IMG/VR virus record: IMGVR_UViG_3300043775_000882
Span: 1-44,445 of that record
Origin: a virus
Taxonomy: Duplodnaviria > Caudoviricetes
Reading direction: 5' to 3' (one strand)
Length of the DNA: 44,445 nt
The position numbers and the translations under genes are program-made. The first letter of the stretch is position 1, and every line of letters begins with the position of its first letter. Shown piece by piece: positions 28,901 through 37,353 of the stretch. The notes beneath the pieces were generated by a model that did not search any database, had not been told where the DNA came from, and was given only the letters and a program-made list of their open reading frames with translations.

Positions 28901-31900
28901 CTGAACTATCGACTGGTGTTAATGTTATTTTTGGATCATTATTCGCAGTATTAACGCCATAGTAGTTAAAGTATTGATTATTACTATCATAACCAGATAC
29001 AAACCAACCACCATTTGTTTTTTCAATAATAACTCCACTGTAAGTAATCGTTTTTACTGATGAACTAACATTGAAAATGATATCAACGTTTTCAGGTGGT
29101 ACGAATACATTACCAACAGTTGATTGGTGTTTACTATCTAAAAGATAATGCTGCTGATCTGTAACTACGAATCCAGACAATCTCGTTGATAATCTAACAT
29201 CTAAGTTTTTAATTTTCTTTTCGATTGTAGAAGTATCAAGACCTTTAGCTTTGATACTATCAACCAAGTAAGTTCCTAAACCAACTGAAAATTCATTATT
29301 GGTTGGGATAACAATATCAGCTAATGTTGTAAACAATGAAGTATCGTTGTGAACAGTTTGTCCTAATTTGTTTAGTTTTGTTCTTGAAATATCGAATCTA
29401 TCTGTAATATATTCAAATGGTTTCAATAAGCAAAGAGCGATACTGATAACAAATGGCCATTCTGAACTTGAACGCCATGAATATTCCACAGGTGCAACAT
29501 CACCAACTGTGAAATTGTCTTGTGATGTAAATGAATTAAAATTATTTGCTAAACCTGATGCAATTGGGTCAATAAGTTTACCACTTTCATCAACTGGTAT
29601 ATGTGCTAGTAAGTTTGGACGAGCATATCTTACATAGTTTCCTTTTCTACCACCTTGTCGAATAGTACCATCACGCAAATCTTCCCATAGTATAAAGTTT
29701 TGACTGGTATATGGTGCCGCACCGTACTCCGATTCCCACCAGGATGGTTCTTCTGAAAAGCCAAGCATTTCCCAAGGGCAACGGTGTGGTCGATCAGTGT
29801 CATAGAACCAGTTGTAGATTCCACGCCAGTAACCAGGCAATTGTTGTGTAAGTGCTGGATCTAATGATTGACTATAGGTATAAGTAAAGGCATTTAACTC
29901 TTCATACCAAGTGTTATGAACGTGGTCAATATTAGAAGGAGAAACCCATTTGTAAAATTCAGATTGGATTAAGCTATCTAACTGTTGTTTGCTATACATA
30001 CCACTGTTATAATAACCACCAAGAATAGCATCAATATCAAAAATAGTAGGGTCATAATGTTGTTTAATGTTATTGTAGATACGCAATTCTAGTTCTAATA
30101 ACAAATCATCTCGGTAATCACCATACGCAGCCGTTATACTACCATCATGACCCTGAATAACCAATCTTGGTGTTATGTAAGTATCATCCATGAAAATCAT
30201 TGGAGTATATGCTTTGTGCAACCCAATCGATGATGGTGTTGTTGGTATGTAATTGATTGCAGTTGAAACGTATTCTCTTATTTCAATAATATCGCCAACT
30301 TGTAACGCATATGAAATTGAAACGTAACCGTAAACCTCGTTAAACTGATAATCTTTAGTGTTTAACAAGTGAGTTCTTGTATATGAACCTCTTGAATTCA
30401 AGCGATTAACATAAATGTAAACTGCGCTGTTACTTAAGTCGGTTAAATTAAACTTATTAGATAGTGCATAGGTTGTAACGTCAGTATGTTCAACTGTATA
30501 GTTTAGTTTGGTATAAGCACCGCTACCAATCATATCAGAATAAGCAAATGGACTATCAACTGTTTTTGTTTTAGTCAATGATGCAATGATTTCATCAACT
30601 GCATCTGCAACCGGTGATAATGGCATCATCACTGCTCTATCCAAAAAGTTATTTTTGAATTCAGTGTACATTTTCTTAGCATATCTCAATGCTTTGATAA
30701 TGTTTTGTTCTTTATCACATAACGTACTAATAGCAAGTGGTGCAATACCAGAATGTTTTAAGAATCTAGTTGCAAATTGCTGATAGTTATCGATATCTCT
30801 CAAATTTGAAATACCAGGGATAGTTCCAGTGAATCTATCATGGAAATCAACAGCTGATCGAACATGATCATCTGCTTGACCTAATGTGAAAGTAACTAAT
30901 TCATCATTCAATGGATTCTTTTCTAAACCAACTGGTATTTCGTAATACCCTGTATCTGGATCATTGGCTGAAATTACTTTAATCGAGACTACATCACCAA
31001 TTGCAAAAGTTGTATTGAATGTAAACACATTTTGATCACGGGTGTAACCCGCAGTCAACGACTCGCCATTTAAATAAAACTTAATAGTCCACTTATCTTC
31101 TGCAGCTTCGTAAAAGTTAATCGGTGTAAACGCGATTTCACTCGTTACTTCTTTAACAATATAACTATCAATGATTGGTTGAATGTAAGTATTATCTGTT
31201 TGTACCCACCCATTTGCATATTCACTACCAACAAAGTTATTTCTAATATAACCAGTTGCTACTTTTCTCGTTATTTTGCTGTTATTTTCAGCGAAAATGT
31301 AGGTATCTGTACCGAAATCCCAATTAAACTGAATATCACCAATGTTATTGATGTTTAAATAACTTAAACTAAATCCTAAATGAGTATCTGTTCTACCACC
31401 ACCGACTTTATAACTTACGATCTTAGAACCAGTAAATGTACTGGCTGGATAAGTCTCAACATTAGAAAAACTAACTTCGTTTTCATCAAATACATCAAAC
31501 AAAGGTGCTTGATTGATGCTAGTCTTAGCTTGGCTCAGTTTCCAACTAGTACCATCAAAGTGGAACATAGCACCACCAAATGCAGTACCTGTTTTTACCA
31601 GTACACATTCACCAATAACTGGATTGGTTTCGTCAGTTGCAACTAAGTGAATTTTGGGAGTGCTAGGTGATCCTTCGGTAACAAAAGTTACTTTGTAGAT
31701 TTTGTTATTAGCTAAACTATCTTTATCTGCTGTTACTAAGATTCTAGCCCCGGCTGATAACTGAAATCCATCTATATTATATGACCGTGCACCTTCAATA
31801 GTTGAAAACACGTCAGTTGTGACAGTATCAACCGCATCAACTGCTTGTTTGGCATGTGTACCATGGTTAAACAATTGGAGATTGGCTGTAAACTCAATGA

Positions 31901-33458
31901 TTGGTCGTTTAGCACGCATTTCTTCAGGCGCAGCATACTCAACACCACGCATTTTGCACGAATATTCCAAAACTGAACGATGGAACCAACGGTTGTATCT
32001 ACTCCATGGATTAGAATCGACACTAGCATGAGAAATAGTAATATAATCTTGATCTCCAGGATAAGATGCCGCGTTATCAAATGGTTCGGTATCAAAGCCA
32101 CCGTTATCAAACATTACGGTTGGTACATTTTTAGAAATCGAGGGCGTTGTTAAGTCAGAAAATCTAATCAATGAGATTGCACTACCAACGCCACTAACCA
32201 ACCAAGTATCAGATGCATATTTTTTAGGAGTTACTGATCCATGAAATTCAACTGCCATACCGTTAGTAAACACAACGCCATTGCTGCTTGTGTAGTTTTT
32301 CAATCCAACAACTTCTTTATCAACATCAATCGCTGTATTAGCAGAAATGTCATCAATAATGAATCTACCAAACTTATTTGGATCAATCGGACTTTGATAA
32401 AACAGTTCATCAGGTGAATCATATGGCACCACAAACGTAATTGTACCAGCTGGTGTACCATTATTCGTAATACCTTTGGTATAATCCAACGTAGGTGTGT
32501 TAACAACTACCCCAAAGTTACGCCATTTATCAGTAGTTACTGAAGTTGTTGTGTTGGCTGGGATATTTTCAGTAGCTTGCCACAAAAAGTCATCATATAC
32601 AATAAACTCACCAATTGTATATTCAGTACCTGGGTTATAATAAGAGATTTCAGTTTGATATATAAACTGAACCATATCCCAATCAAGTGTGGTATCTGGT
32701 ACAGTTGGTACTGAATGCGATGGTATCGTATGTTTCGCTTTCAATAACTGGTTTTCATACACTGCCAGTTGGCCACTTACATAAGAGTACTGGTAACTAT
32801 ACATCAATGAACCAGTATCATACTTATTTCGAATGATAAACCCTTCTTTTGGTGCATTTACATTAAATTTGTAAGTTTGACCACGGTATAGGTTAATCGT
32901 TGGGTTGTTTACCGGATTTCCAGAGGTAGCGTTGAATACAAATGAGTTACTATCTAAAGTAACATCATATTCGCTAACTATATTAGCATTTGCGCCATTA
33001 ACTGGAACTGACAATGGTCCATTTGGTTCCCAATAATACTCTCTATAGTTAATGAACTTATCCCAAACAATTGGTGGATTCCAAGAATAATGTTCTTGTG
33101 ATGTAATCAAATCATCACGTTCAACTGTATTACCAAAGAACTTCAATTGATTTTTGAAATCAATGTAATCATAGAAGTTATCGATAGTTCCACTGTTATT
33201 GAAAATAACACCAGGCTCTAATTGATACCTACTACGCAACGAGTTGTCAGAATCCAAGTAAATGTCAGAGCCGACAAAGGTTTTCCCATATCGACGACCA
33301 ACATAACCAACGGTCTTTTCCAATAGACCAGGCTGTACCAATGGGTCAACCACGGCTGACATGAATTTCTTATTTGCATCTGTTTGGAAAACCCCTGGCA
33401 ATAACTCTTCAGTTTTTCTAATTGGCAGTTGGCTTTTTGGGTATAATTGATCTGTCAT
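19914..33458 (-). CDS. Giant (4514 aa) baseplate wedge/virion structural protein (gp7-like position) with inserted CBM5/12-like motifs, an FG-GAP propeller and Ig-like repeats
   Basis: Uninterrupted 13.5-kb ORF directly after the gp6-like gene; N-terminal LLPGVFQTDANKKF wedge-type motif; ITNQGYGY / IHNQGTNYDRPPTVEISGSGTGA repeats; FG-GAP-like repeats at ~25490-26880. Confidence 0.8.
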   Translation of the reverse strand: MTDQLYPKSQLPIRKTEELLPGVFQTDANKKFMSAVVDPLVQPGLLEKTVGYVGRRYGKTFVGSDIYLDSDNSLRSRYQLEPGVIFNNSGTIDNFYDYIDFKNQLKFFGNTVERDDLITSQEHYSWNPPIVWDKFINYREYYWEPNGPLSVPVNGANANIVSEYDVTLDSNSFVFNATSGNPVNNPTINLYRGQTYKFNVNAPKEGFIIRNKYDTGSLMYSYQYSYVSGQLAVYENQLLKAKHTIPSHSVPTVPDTTLDWDMVQFIYQTEISYYNPGTEYTIGEFIVYDDFLWQATENIPANTTTSVTTDKWRNFGVVVNTPTLDYTKGITNNGTPAGTITFVVPYDSPDELFYQSPIDPNKFGRFIIDDISANTAIDVDKEVVGLKNYTSSNGVVFTNGMAVEFHGSVTPKKYASDTWLVSGVGSAISLIRFSDLTTPSISKNVPTVMFDNGGFDTEPFDNAASYPGDQDYITISHASVDSNPWSRYNRWFHRSVLEYSCKMRGVEYAAPEEMRAKRPIIEFTANLQLFNHGTHAKQAVDAVDTVTTDVFSTIEGARSYNIDGFQLSAGARILVTADKDSLANNKIYKVTFVTEGSPSTPKIHLVATDETNPVIGECVLVKTGTAFGGAMFHFDGTSWKLSQAKTSINQAPLFDVFDENEVSFSNVETYPASTFTGSKIVSYKVGGGRTDTHLGFSLSYLNINNIGDIQFNWDFGTDTYIFAENNSKITRKVATGYIRNNFVGSEYANGWVQTDNTYIQPIIDSYIVKEVTSEIAFTPINFYEAAEDKWTIKFYLNGESLTAGYTRDQNVFTFNTTFAIGDVVSIKVISANDPDTGYYEIPVGLEKNPLNDELVTFTLGQADDHVRSAVDFHDRFTGTIPGISNLRDIDNYQQFATRFLKHSGIAPLAISTLCDKEQNIIKALRYAKKMYTEFKNNFLDRAVMMPLSPVADAVDEIIASLTKTKTVDSPFAYSDMIGSGAYTKLNYTVEHTDVTTYALSNKFNLTDLSNSAVYIYVNRLNSRGSYTRTHLLNTKDYQFNEVYGYVSISYALQVGDIIEIREYVSTAINYIPTTPSSIGLHKAYTPMIFMDDTYITPRLVIQGHDGSITAAYGDYRDDLLLELELRIYNNIKQHYDPTIFDIDAILGGYYNSGMYSKQQLDSLIQSEFYKWVSPSNIDHVHNTWYEELNAFTYTYSQSLDPALTQQLPGYWRGIYNWFYDTDRPHRCPWEMLGFSEEPSWWESEYGAAPYTSQNFILWEDLRDGTIRQGGRKGNYVRYARPNLLAHIPVDESGKLIDPIASGLANNFNSFTSQDNFTVGDVAPVEYSWRSSSEWPFVISIALCLLKPFEYITDRFDISRTKLNKLGQTVHNDTSLFTTLADIVIPTNNEFSVGLGTYLVDSIKAKGLDTSTIEKKIKNLDVRLSTRLSGFVVTDQQHYLLDSKHQSTVGNVFVPPENVDIIFNVSSSVKTITYSGVIIEKTNGGWFVSGYDSNNQYFNYYGVNTANNDPKITLTPVDSSVLMTVGGVSQPYSIWKPNVTYKNGEIVKYQTQFFKALRTNSGETFDNTYNDWQMMKNLPTTGEVTAVKRSSFNKFSLKVLNYGTKLGSIQEVVDFLLGYEEYLKGVGFVFDGYDTATQTPINWTTAAKELMFWTKSNWAEGSLIALSPVASKIDITMGGGVAESVVDGFYDYEILKANGQPFQLNEIDITRSFQKITVSPSASADGIYYLNLYCVLKEHVAVFDDRTVFNDVIYDKPTGYRQGRIKSQGYRTVDWDGDYTSPGFLFDNVTISTWAPYTDYKMGDIVSYRSNNWTSSKNQLGTANFDDTNWTKLDSTPTKQLVANYDYKVNQFEDYYDVTSEGIGENQRSLARHAIGYQTREYLQALAPDPVTQFQLYQGFIREKGTANAVNKVFDKLSRSGDASIVMNEEWAFRVGRFGGLDQLKEVEFQVQKGMFKLNPQAIEIANSIALPVNDQKYQLIRDNFTIAPTPYTTSIHPVVLSEPVRTAGYVKTDQIKASVKTRTDILALDITMMYENDHIWVTFSDYSWDVLRYNQTNLRIESITVTGTDFTLTLSDRHGLKVDDIIGIKPINVTTNLVGFFKITAIDWNSITLDGSSLTGAPILPASIPLNISVLTTARFSDYDKVDPETSATYTKGATLWVDNNSNTKWEVVQKQDTYSDYSLKEKNYGISVTPYNAGSAVAYAERLGQTIIGVSGSDYALVYDGISFTKSKAVIMPPISLGEHLNGSFGMTIALSPDSRFMAIGAPKASLVHSNYMGVYNQTTDYMYGDIVLYDDMLWEATTDITIDGSSNSIYSEDWRPAALVPAAAIGSNAGYTNQGTVAIYEYKEGGWALNRTIISPRPKDYELFGSDISIGFAADGTYTMAIASGLGDGQVYMYEFLGTSWKHYRHASYTNQFNPLLDTGLSVAVSGDCSTVLVGKPTIGKGLVIPYLLNSNHLYSEQADHRLENESGNTGDQFGYKVAINGDGSVAIISSPNADITVPDQGSVYVIHRDSAGVYSRDVEQRLQSFDSISNELFGTSLSFSATGNTLVVGAKNTPYTQYKLFDNGTTTFDENRTKIVTSIGSAGGIYVFEKKADLYFLTAKPVPTDIVMQPYESYGFAVACTDDVVVVGSPNYMVPGTTDKVGMMRLFVQDKTANSWNTIAQQAEVVDIAKVKSVELYDNVKNIKIQDLDYVDHAKLKVLNYAEQAITYKTLYDPAVYTNGTDDTIQIIEPTQSWDDAHVGKLWWDVSAVKWVYAEQGDFAYRTGHWNQMATGSSVDVYEWVKTKILPSEWATLADTNEGIAEGISGQPLYPNDNVLTVKNLYNTVTGVTTETYYYFWVKNPVIIPSGSTRTVSASDVATAISNPIGTGVAFVAFTSQNELLTFNVGSKLPSDTALINVVYYKDDSSLIPVHNEYQLMTEGLASSVPSAPLELKWIDSLIGADSAGNRVPDDSLPVKQRYGLSFRPRQSMFIDRTTVLKSAIEHVNGVLLKAPFTSSINFEILNSIDPVPSVESNRYDTVVDTLLDLQYVNTGHAQQATIELGLTNGKVTQVTITNQGYGYKPSIPVYENLNLPQYNYKGTGYKGPLVTVDGDGSGAVVELIIDNYGRVILAEIKYSGKKYSNTTAIVRPLSVLVKADESISNFWSIYEWNAHINQFTRNATQQYDATRYWSYVDWWKSGYGLSSRIIKEIPSIVSINDLETEVGDLIRIKEYENGGWAVFERIADEDDVAGVTNYDLEVFSDYYSMVGRENGTIQLSSILYTTTFGYDGVAPFDGISYDRDFTRELRFILRAVKEDIFTGEYDVEWNNLFFSSVRAAFAEQMYIDWAFKTSFITATHNIGPFKQTLNYNSDNLSSFESYINEVKPYRTTVREYISKYDSIETAATGVSDFDLQPAYNYEDGKIMPMNSLTTFSGYPWKWWSDNHAYSVTDIVIHNQGTNYDRPPTVEISGSGTGATAKAYIASGKVTKIILTSGGFGYLSAPTVTLTGGNPSDSVQATAVAIIGDSKARMFDLTMKFDRISKTGLTQDFTHTDTFTASGSSSSFRLTYPANEQKSKIQLTKNGHIVLGDAYNIVSTIVGGVLVSDLVFETLPVLNDLIGVVYDKNDNMLDAVARVEKYYNPIAGMKGKQLSQLITGIDFGGVQVQGATFDVTGGWDAMPWDADTWDSIESDKTHYHYCLETDTSRTLAITLPYTPTIGQQINVYIKPINPSRIIKLQPYGLKASPYSTTPEWIRIDDINYTQQWDSASMVNPYAVMPTFIGDGTTKVISIGAHLETFEGDIVVLRISDTDGSVAVNDPSIIDTNLQGGSLAYANGAYSTATGLTAEEMAIDGGVFISKAHVPATEENVPGQVLDSFSIRVFDESDNGAAPLHSRYAYGDAVTTTYDIGLAIIDSTSVVVTVDNAKKKLGTDYTVNVATGTITFNTAPAMDKLISIVSIGVGGPSILSYNTFVADGKVSKYTTTAAFKETTSAYVTVNGVTVEASIGGSGSNKTNGKTVVQLANKPDKGSTVNVVCFKGTNPNFNSSIIQLKDQTFVYTGNPIIAVQMFDTVPSTNAPIPAIVQVNGSLLTGVDSVYSVYDGFVNSFTIESKTTAHVPDNIKVYVNNQSIAFINDYTFSFDMSTLTINKALNIGDTILITNNVEAQYTISGNQVTINTTRFPLTSGDSISISWFTNYDSMQLVEDETVGGKQRYYLPFRPISSSYLWVYVNGIRMIADKHYSVTDNYMQFAIDTNSTDVVKILIFGANLRREACAFEITKDMFNVNGFARFSMNTVKLATELKYYDTSIIVTDASNLYRPTIENNAPGMIYINGERIAYFAINGNTISQLRRGTNGTSIPEIHSVDSYVVDVSVSERLPYMDTEHRIDVISDGSTEEIPVDFIPVKSTRSNWDRGSIPANYGPCDHIEVFVAGRRLHKNPMMMFNSELGAESPAGDTMIDAEFSVDGINPVVRLTEPAPVGTRVTIFRKVGKLWYDQGNNTASSGVTLLENSTTVAKFISQKTSLVPN

Positions 33459-33462
33459 AGTT

Positions 33463-36400
33463 CTAGTTCGTTGTTGTGGTAATTGCAGTCGATGCTGCTC
33501 TAACTTCGGTTGCTGAGATTGCTGTTACGATGTCAATATTATCAACGGTCGCACCACTGATTAAGATTTCATCATGTTTACTCTGAATCTCGAATAAACT
33601 ACCGAATACTTGGTCTGTTTGTCTTGGTACAAGGACAATATTACTAATATCTGGTGATACAGTGTTCAATACATAAGTAGTTAGCTCAGTTAAGAAGAAG
33701 CGATCGCCAAAATCCCAATACGCAATATTAAAGAAAGTATTAATCGCGGTGATAATACGAACTTTAAGGTCATTATCGTTGATTGTTTTGCTTGGGTTCT
33801 TAACTACTTTGAACTGACCTTGTAATTTAGGATCAGCAGTTGCACCAAATAAGATTTTATACTTAACTGGGTGGTAGATAATCTCATCACTGATTGATTT
33901 GATTGCATTTAACTTAGAACCAAAATTGATTCTAAGCATATCACTACTGGGTGGCGTTGGTTCAAGTGTAGTTCCACCAGCTAAGTAAGTTCTAAATGCT
34001 TCATCGTATGCACGAGTCATAATAGAAATGTCCATGATGTTACTTACGCTTGGATCAATTCTTCTGCTTGAACTTGCATTGTGCAAGTATTGGAATTTCA
34101 ATCCTGATCTACCAATATTAGCTTTATAGGTGCTTTCCATTACTAAAGTTTTAGTAGTTTGATTAACTCGTTTTACATAATCTTCGGCTTCTGTGTAGAA
34201 GTAAATGAGTTGACCATCAGTATACAATGACAAATCAATACCATTTTCAGTTTCTAATACAACAATCGGTTCGGCTTTAATATCAACCAACTCGAATACA
34301 ATACTACCCGCACCATCCTGCACTTCTTTAAAGAATAGATAATTACGAGTGGTATCTGGTCCGACAATAATATCAAATGCATCTGGGTTATCAATAACGC
34401 CATCACTGTCACTGTCACTAAATGCAAGTTTTACTTCAACATTACTTTCGTAACCATCATCATATTGAACTACGTCACTAATTTCAAATGGAATATCAGA
34501 CTTCAACTGACTTGTTAAGTTACTGGCTGTGTTAATACCAAGAATCTTAATTGTATCTTTGATTACCTTACCAACTTGATCGTTGTATCGTTTTTCGTGT
34601 GAATCAAAATAGAATCGGTTTTGTGCAGTACTACCAAATACATAATCCAATGCTCGTATTCTCACTGAATAACTATCCGCGTCTTTAACAAACGCAATTA
34701 TCCATGAGGCATCGACATTTGTATTTGAACTATTACCAGAATTAGATTGACTAAAGTTATTTGTTAAATCAATATTTGATGCTGATACAATATGCCACGA
34801 GGCATCATCAACTGAATATCGCAATCCAAAATTTAAGTTTTCAAATGCTAGATTAACCATTTCCGTTTCTAATGCAACCGGTAGATCATTCACTAGTTTA
34901 GGAACAACTTGCGTTAATATAGAACCTTCTGGTATTACATCATTAAACGAGATAGTTCCCATTCCGTTGGCTAATACACCAACTCCACCATTGGATCCAT
35001 CACCAACTACTCGGATGACTTTTGCCCAAATTCTATCAGTTTGTAATGGGTCATTGAGATCAAGGTCTACCATCAACCCATTTTTGAATGCCTTACCAGC
35101 GATTGCAGTGAACTTAACCATTGCACCATATGAAATATAAGCAAAGTTTCCAGTTCCATACGACAAGCCAACACGTTTAATATCAGAACCTAATTGAAAA
35201 TAACCAGTTGACAAATTGACATCTGCTGTTTTCAAAACCCAATTTGTTGGTGTAGCTGTGTCAAATGTCTTTTTTGCGAACTTAGTAAGATAAAAGTTAT
35301 AAACATCAGTACCAGCTAGTGCGGGTTCTACTGACTTTCTAATAAAGTTAATAATGTCGAGTTTATTGTTAAACTTGAATGATAATGCTCTTTCGGTTGC
35401 TTCTTTGTAAATAAAACCATCATCAGCAAATACGTTAATTGAACTGTACTTACCACTAACATCGATGATTTCAAAGTTTCTTGAGATACCACTAGATGTT
35501 CTGTTAACTGCTTTGATTTTTAAAATGTCTTGTGAACTAGCAAGTGGAGCTAAGTTGTAATCTTCACCTGTTATCATACGGTTTTGTGTATAATAAGTAG
35601 CAGGTGCATTGGTACGAATACTATCCACGCTTTCAGTTGCAGATGCATTTGAAACCGTAGATTGCAATGCTAATCCGACAGTTACAGTATGTGCAGCACC
35701 AGCCGCATTAACATAAGGAACTGCTATGTTAATACCAGACATTTCAGTTGGTGATACTGAATAAGTAAGTCCATTACTTACTCGATAGAACAATCTGAAC
35801 TTTCCTTGTGGTAAGTTACCATAAACGCCATCAGCAAATATCAAATCAACTGCATCGTTTTCTTTTGTTGTTACACTGAAAATGTTACGAACACTTCTTG
35901 ATATGCTATTATACGCAATGTTATTACCAACTAGGTTGGCAACCTGAGCCCATTGATTAGTTTGTGCACCTGTTGAACTCAACCCGAATAACCAGATATC
36001 GTCATTGTTGATGTTAGCAGTATCAACTGCTACTTTTTCATTAGTTGTTGGCACGTCAATTGCAAAGTCAGCTAGTTCCAAACTACCTTGTTTGAACAGC
36101 AAGAAGAAACCAGAATCTGTACTGCTTGGTCCACTACCATCATTACGGTAAACAAAACCAAGTTGATTACCAGCCAATGGCTGTTCTTCGTAAATGGATT
36201 CGCTGTTTTTGAATGAAGTACTGACAATTTCAAATGCCATTGTACGACCGGCAACCGATTTGGTATAAGAATAAATGGGTACATCAGTTGTGATTGTATT
36301 AAACCGATATTGGTCTGTTGTTACGCCACCTATGGTTGCTGTACCTTGACTACGACCAAATTCAGTATTAGGAGTCATTGCTGAATTTAGCACTAGGATG

Positions 36401-36867
36401 AATTGCTCATACCAATTTGAATTGGTTGGGTCGTTCCATGTGATAAGTTGCTGTGCTAAGTTTTTGCCATTACTATCTAATATTTCTTCAGATGTGGTAA
36501 TAGAAGTGAATTTTAACAACCCACTAGCTGCATTATTTCTTTTTGGTTTATAACTCAGCATCTGTGCGATTCTGAGTACACTTGCTTTTCTTTCTGCTAG
36601 TTCTAAGAAGTTTTCACGACTAGCTAAATCGATTCTAAAAGATAATGACTGCCCGAGAAACGCCATGGCATCAATCAATGCCATATATTCAGATGATTCA
36701 ATGTAATCATTGAAATCTTCCGGGTAGTTTTCTCGTATATAGGTAATGATTACCCTGCGTAGATTTTCAAAATCATAAGATTTGAAATCAGCATTCTTAA
36801 AGGTTTGGTATATTCTAGTCCAATCCTCGTTTAATATTAGATCGTTTTGGCGTGTGGTCGTAGTCAT
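33463..36867 (-). CDS. Baseplate wedge subunit, T4 gp6-like
   Basis: YDFENLR...YPEDFNDYIESSE...RENFLELAERKASVLRIAQMLSYKP, LIFADGVYGNLP and ESVDSIRTNAPATYYTQNRMITGEDY motifs typical of gp6/baseplate J. Confidence 0.88.
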   Translation of the reverse strand: MTTTTRQNDLILNEDWTRIYQTFKNADFKSYDFENLRRVIITYIRENYPEDFNDYIESSEYMALIDAMAFLGQSLSFRIDLASRENFLELAERKASVLRIAQMLSYKPKRNNAASGLLKFTSITTSEEILDSNGKNLAQQLITWNDPTNSNWYEQFILVLNSAMTPNTEFGRSQGTATIGGVTTDQYRFNTITTDVPIYSYTKSVAGRTMAFEIVSTSFKNSESIYEEQPLAGNQLGFVYRNDGSGPSSTDSGFFLLFKQGSLELADFAIDVPTTNEKVAVDTANINNDDIWLFGLSSTGAQTNQWAQVANLVGNNIAYNSISRSVRNIFSVTTKENDAVDLIFADGVYGNLPQGKFRLFYRVSNGLTYSVSPTEMSGINIAVPYVNAAGAAHTVTVGLALQSTVSNASATESVDSIRTNAPATYYTQNRMITGEDYNLAPLASSQDILKIKAVNRTSSGISRNFEIIDVSGKYSSINVFADDGFIYKEATERALSFKFNNKLDIINFIRKSVEPALAGTDVYNFYLTKFAKKTFDTATPTNWVLKTADVNLSTGYFQLGSDIKRVGLSYGTGNFAYISYGAMVKFTAIAGKAFKNGLMVDLDLNDPLQTDRIWAKVIRVVGDGSNGGVGVLANGMGTISFNDVIPEGSILTQVVPKLVNDLPVALETEMVNLAFENLNFGLRYSVDDASWHIVSASNIDLTNNFSQSNSGNSSNTNVDASWIIAFVKDADSYSVRIRALDYVFGSTAQNRFYFDSHEKRYNDQVGKVIKDTIKILGINTASNLTSQLKSDIPFEISDVVQYDDGYESNVEVKLAFSDSDSDGVIDNPDAFDIIVGPDTTRNYLFFKEVQDGAGSIVFELVDIKAEPIVVLETENGIDLSLYTDGQLIYFYTEAEDYVKRVNQTTKTLVMESTYKANIGRSGLKFQYLHNASSSRRIDPSVSNIMDISIMTRAYDEAFRTYLAGGTTLEPTPPSSDMLRINFGSKLNAIKSISDEIIYHPVKYKILFGATADPKLQGQFKVVKNPSKTINDNDLKVRIITAINTFFNIAYWDFGDRFFLTELTTYVLNTVSPDISNIVLVPRQTDQVFGSLFEIQSKHDEILISGATVDNIDIVTAISATEVRAASTAITTTTN

Positions 36868-36883
36868 CAGTACTCCTTAATGA

Positions 36884-36892
36884 CTATATTTA
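36884..36892 (-). promoter_or_regulatory. Late promoter TAAATATAG
   Basis: Intergenic, about 19 nt upstream of the ATG at 36867; RBS AAGGAG follows. Confidence 0.75.
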
Positions 36893-36912
36893 TCCAACGG
36901 TTTGCCCAGTTT

Positions 36913-37353
36913 TTAAACGATCACTGCATTGTTTTTATCAAAATTTAAAGTCATCTGCTCATTGACATTGAATGGCAAATAAGTTAAATTGACTGCGATC
37001 TGGATGCCCAGGTCAGTGGTTGTAACAGATACGCTGTTAACTTGCATTCTTGGATCATAATTAACAATAGCTTGTACGTCATCAGCGATCAGTTTCTTAG
37101 TTTGAGTCGTCAATGGTTCAAATAACATATCCCAAATAATAGTTCCAAATGCTGGATTTTCTAACTTCTCACCTTTACGAATATAAAAGTGATTGATCAA
37201 ATCTCGTTTAACCAAGTTGATATCATACGCTTGTGTATTATTTGAGTCGTTTAAGGTTGAAAATCCTTTATACACGAACGCACCATTGTTTATATCACCC
37301 ATAGATGCGGTATTAGTAGCAACCGTTGTTTGATTATAGAGTTTACTCGCCAC
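36913..37353 (-). CDS. Baseplate wedge protein, T4 gp25-like
   Basis: DINLVKRDLINHFYIRKGEKLENPAFGTIIWDMLFEP...YDPRM motif. GTG at 37353 with an AAGGAAGG RBS is a better start than 37395. Confidence 0.9.
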   Translation of the reverse strand: MASKLYNQTTVATNTASMGDINNGAFVYKGFSTLNDSNNTQAYDINLVKRDLINHFYIRKGEKLENPAFGTIIWDMLFEPLTTQTKKLIADDVQAIVNYDPRMQVNSVSVTTTDLGIQIAVNLTYLPFNVNEQMTLNFDKNNAVIV

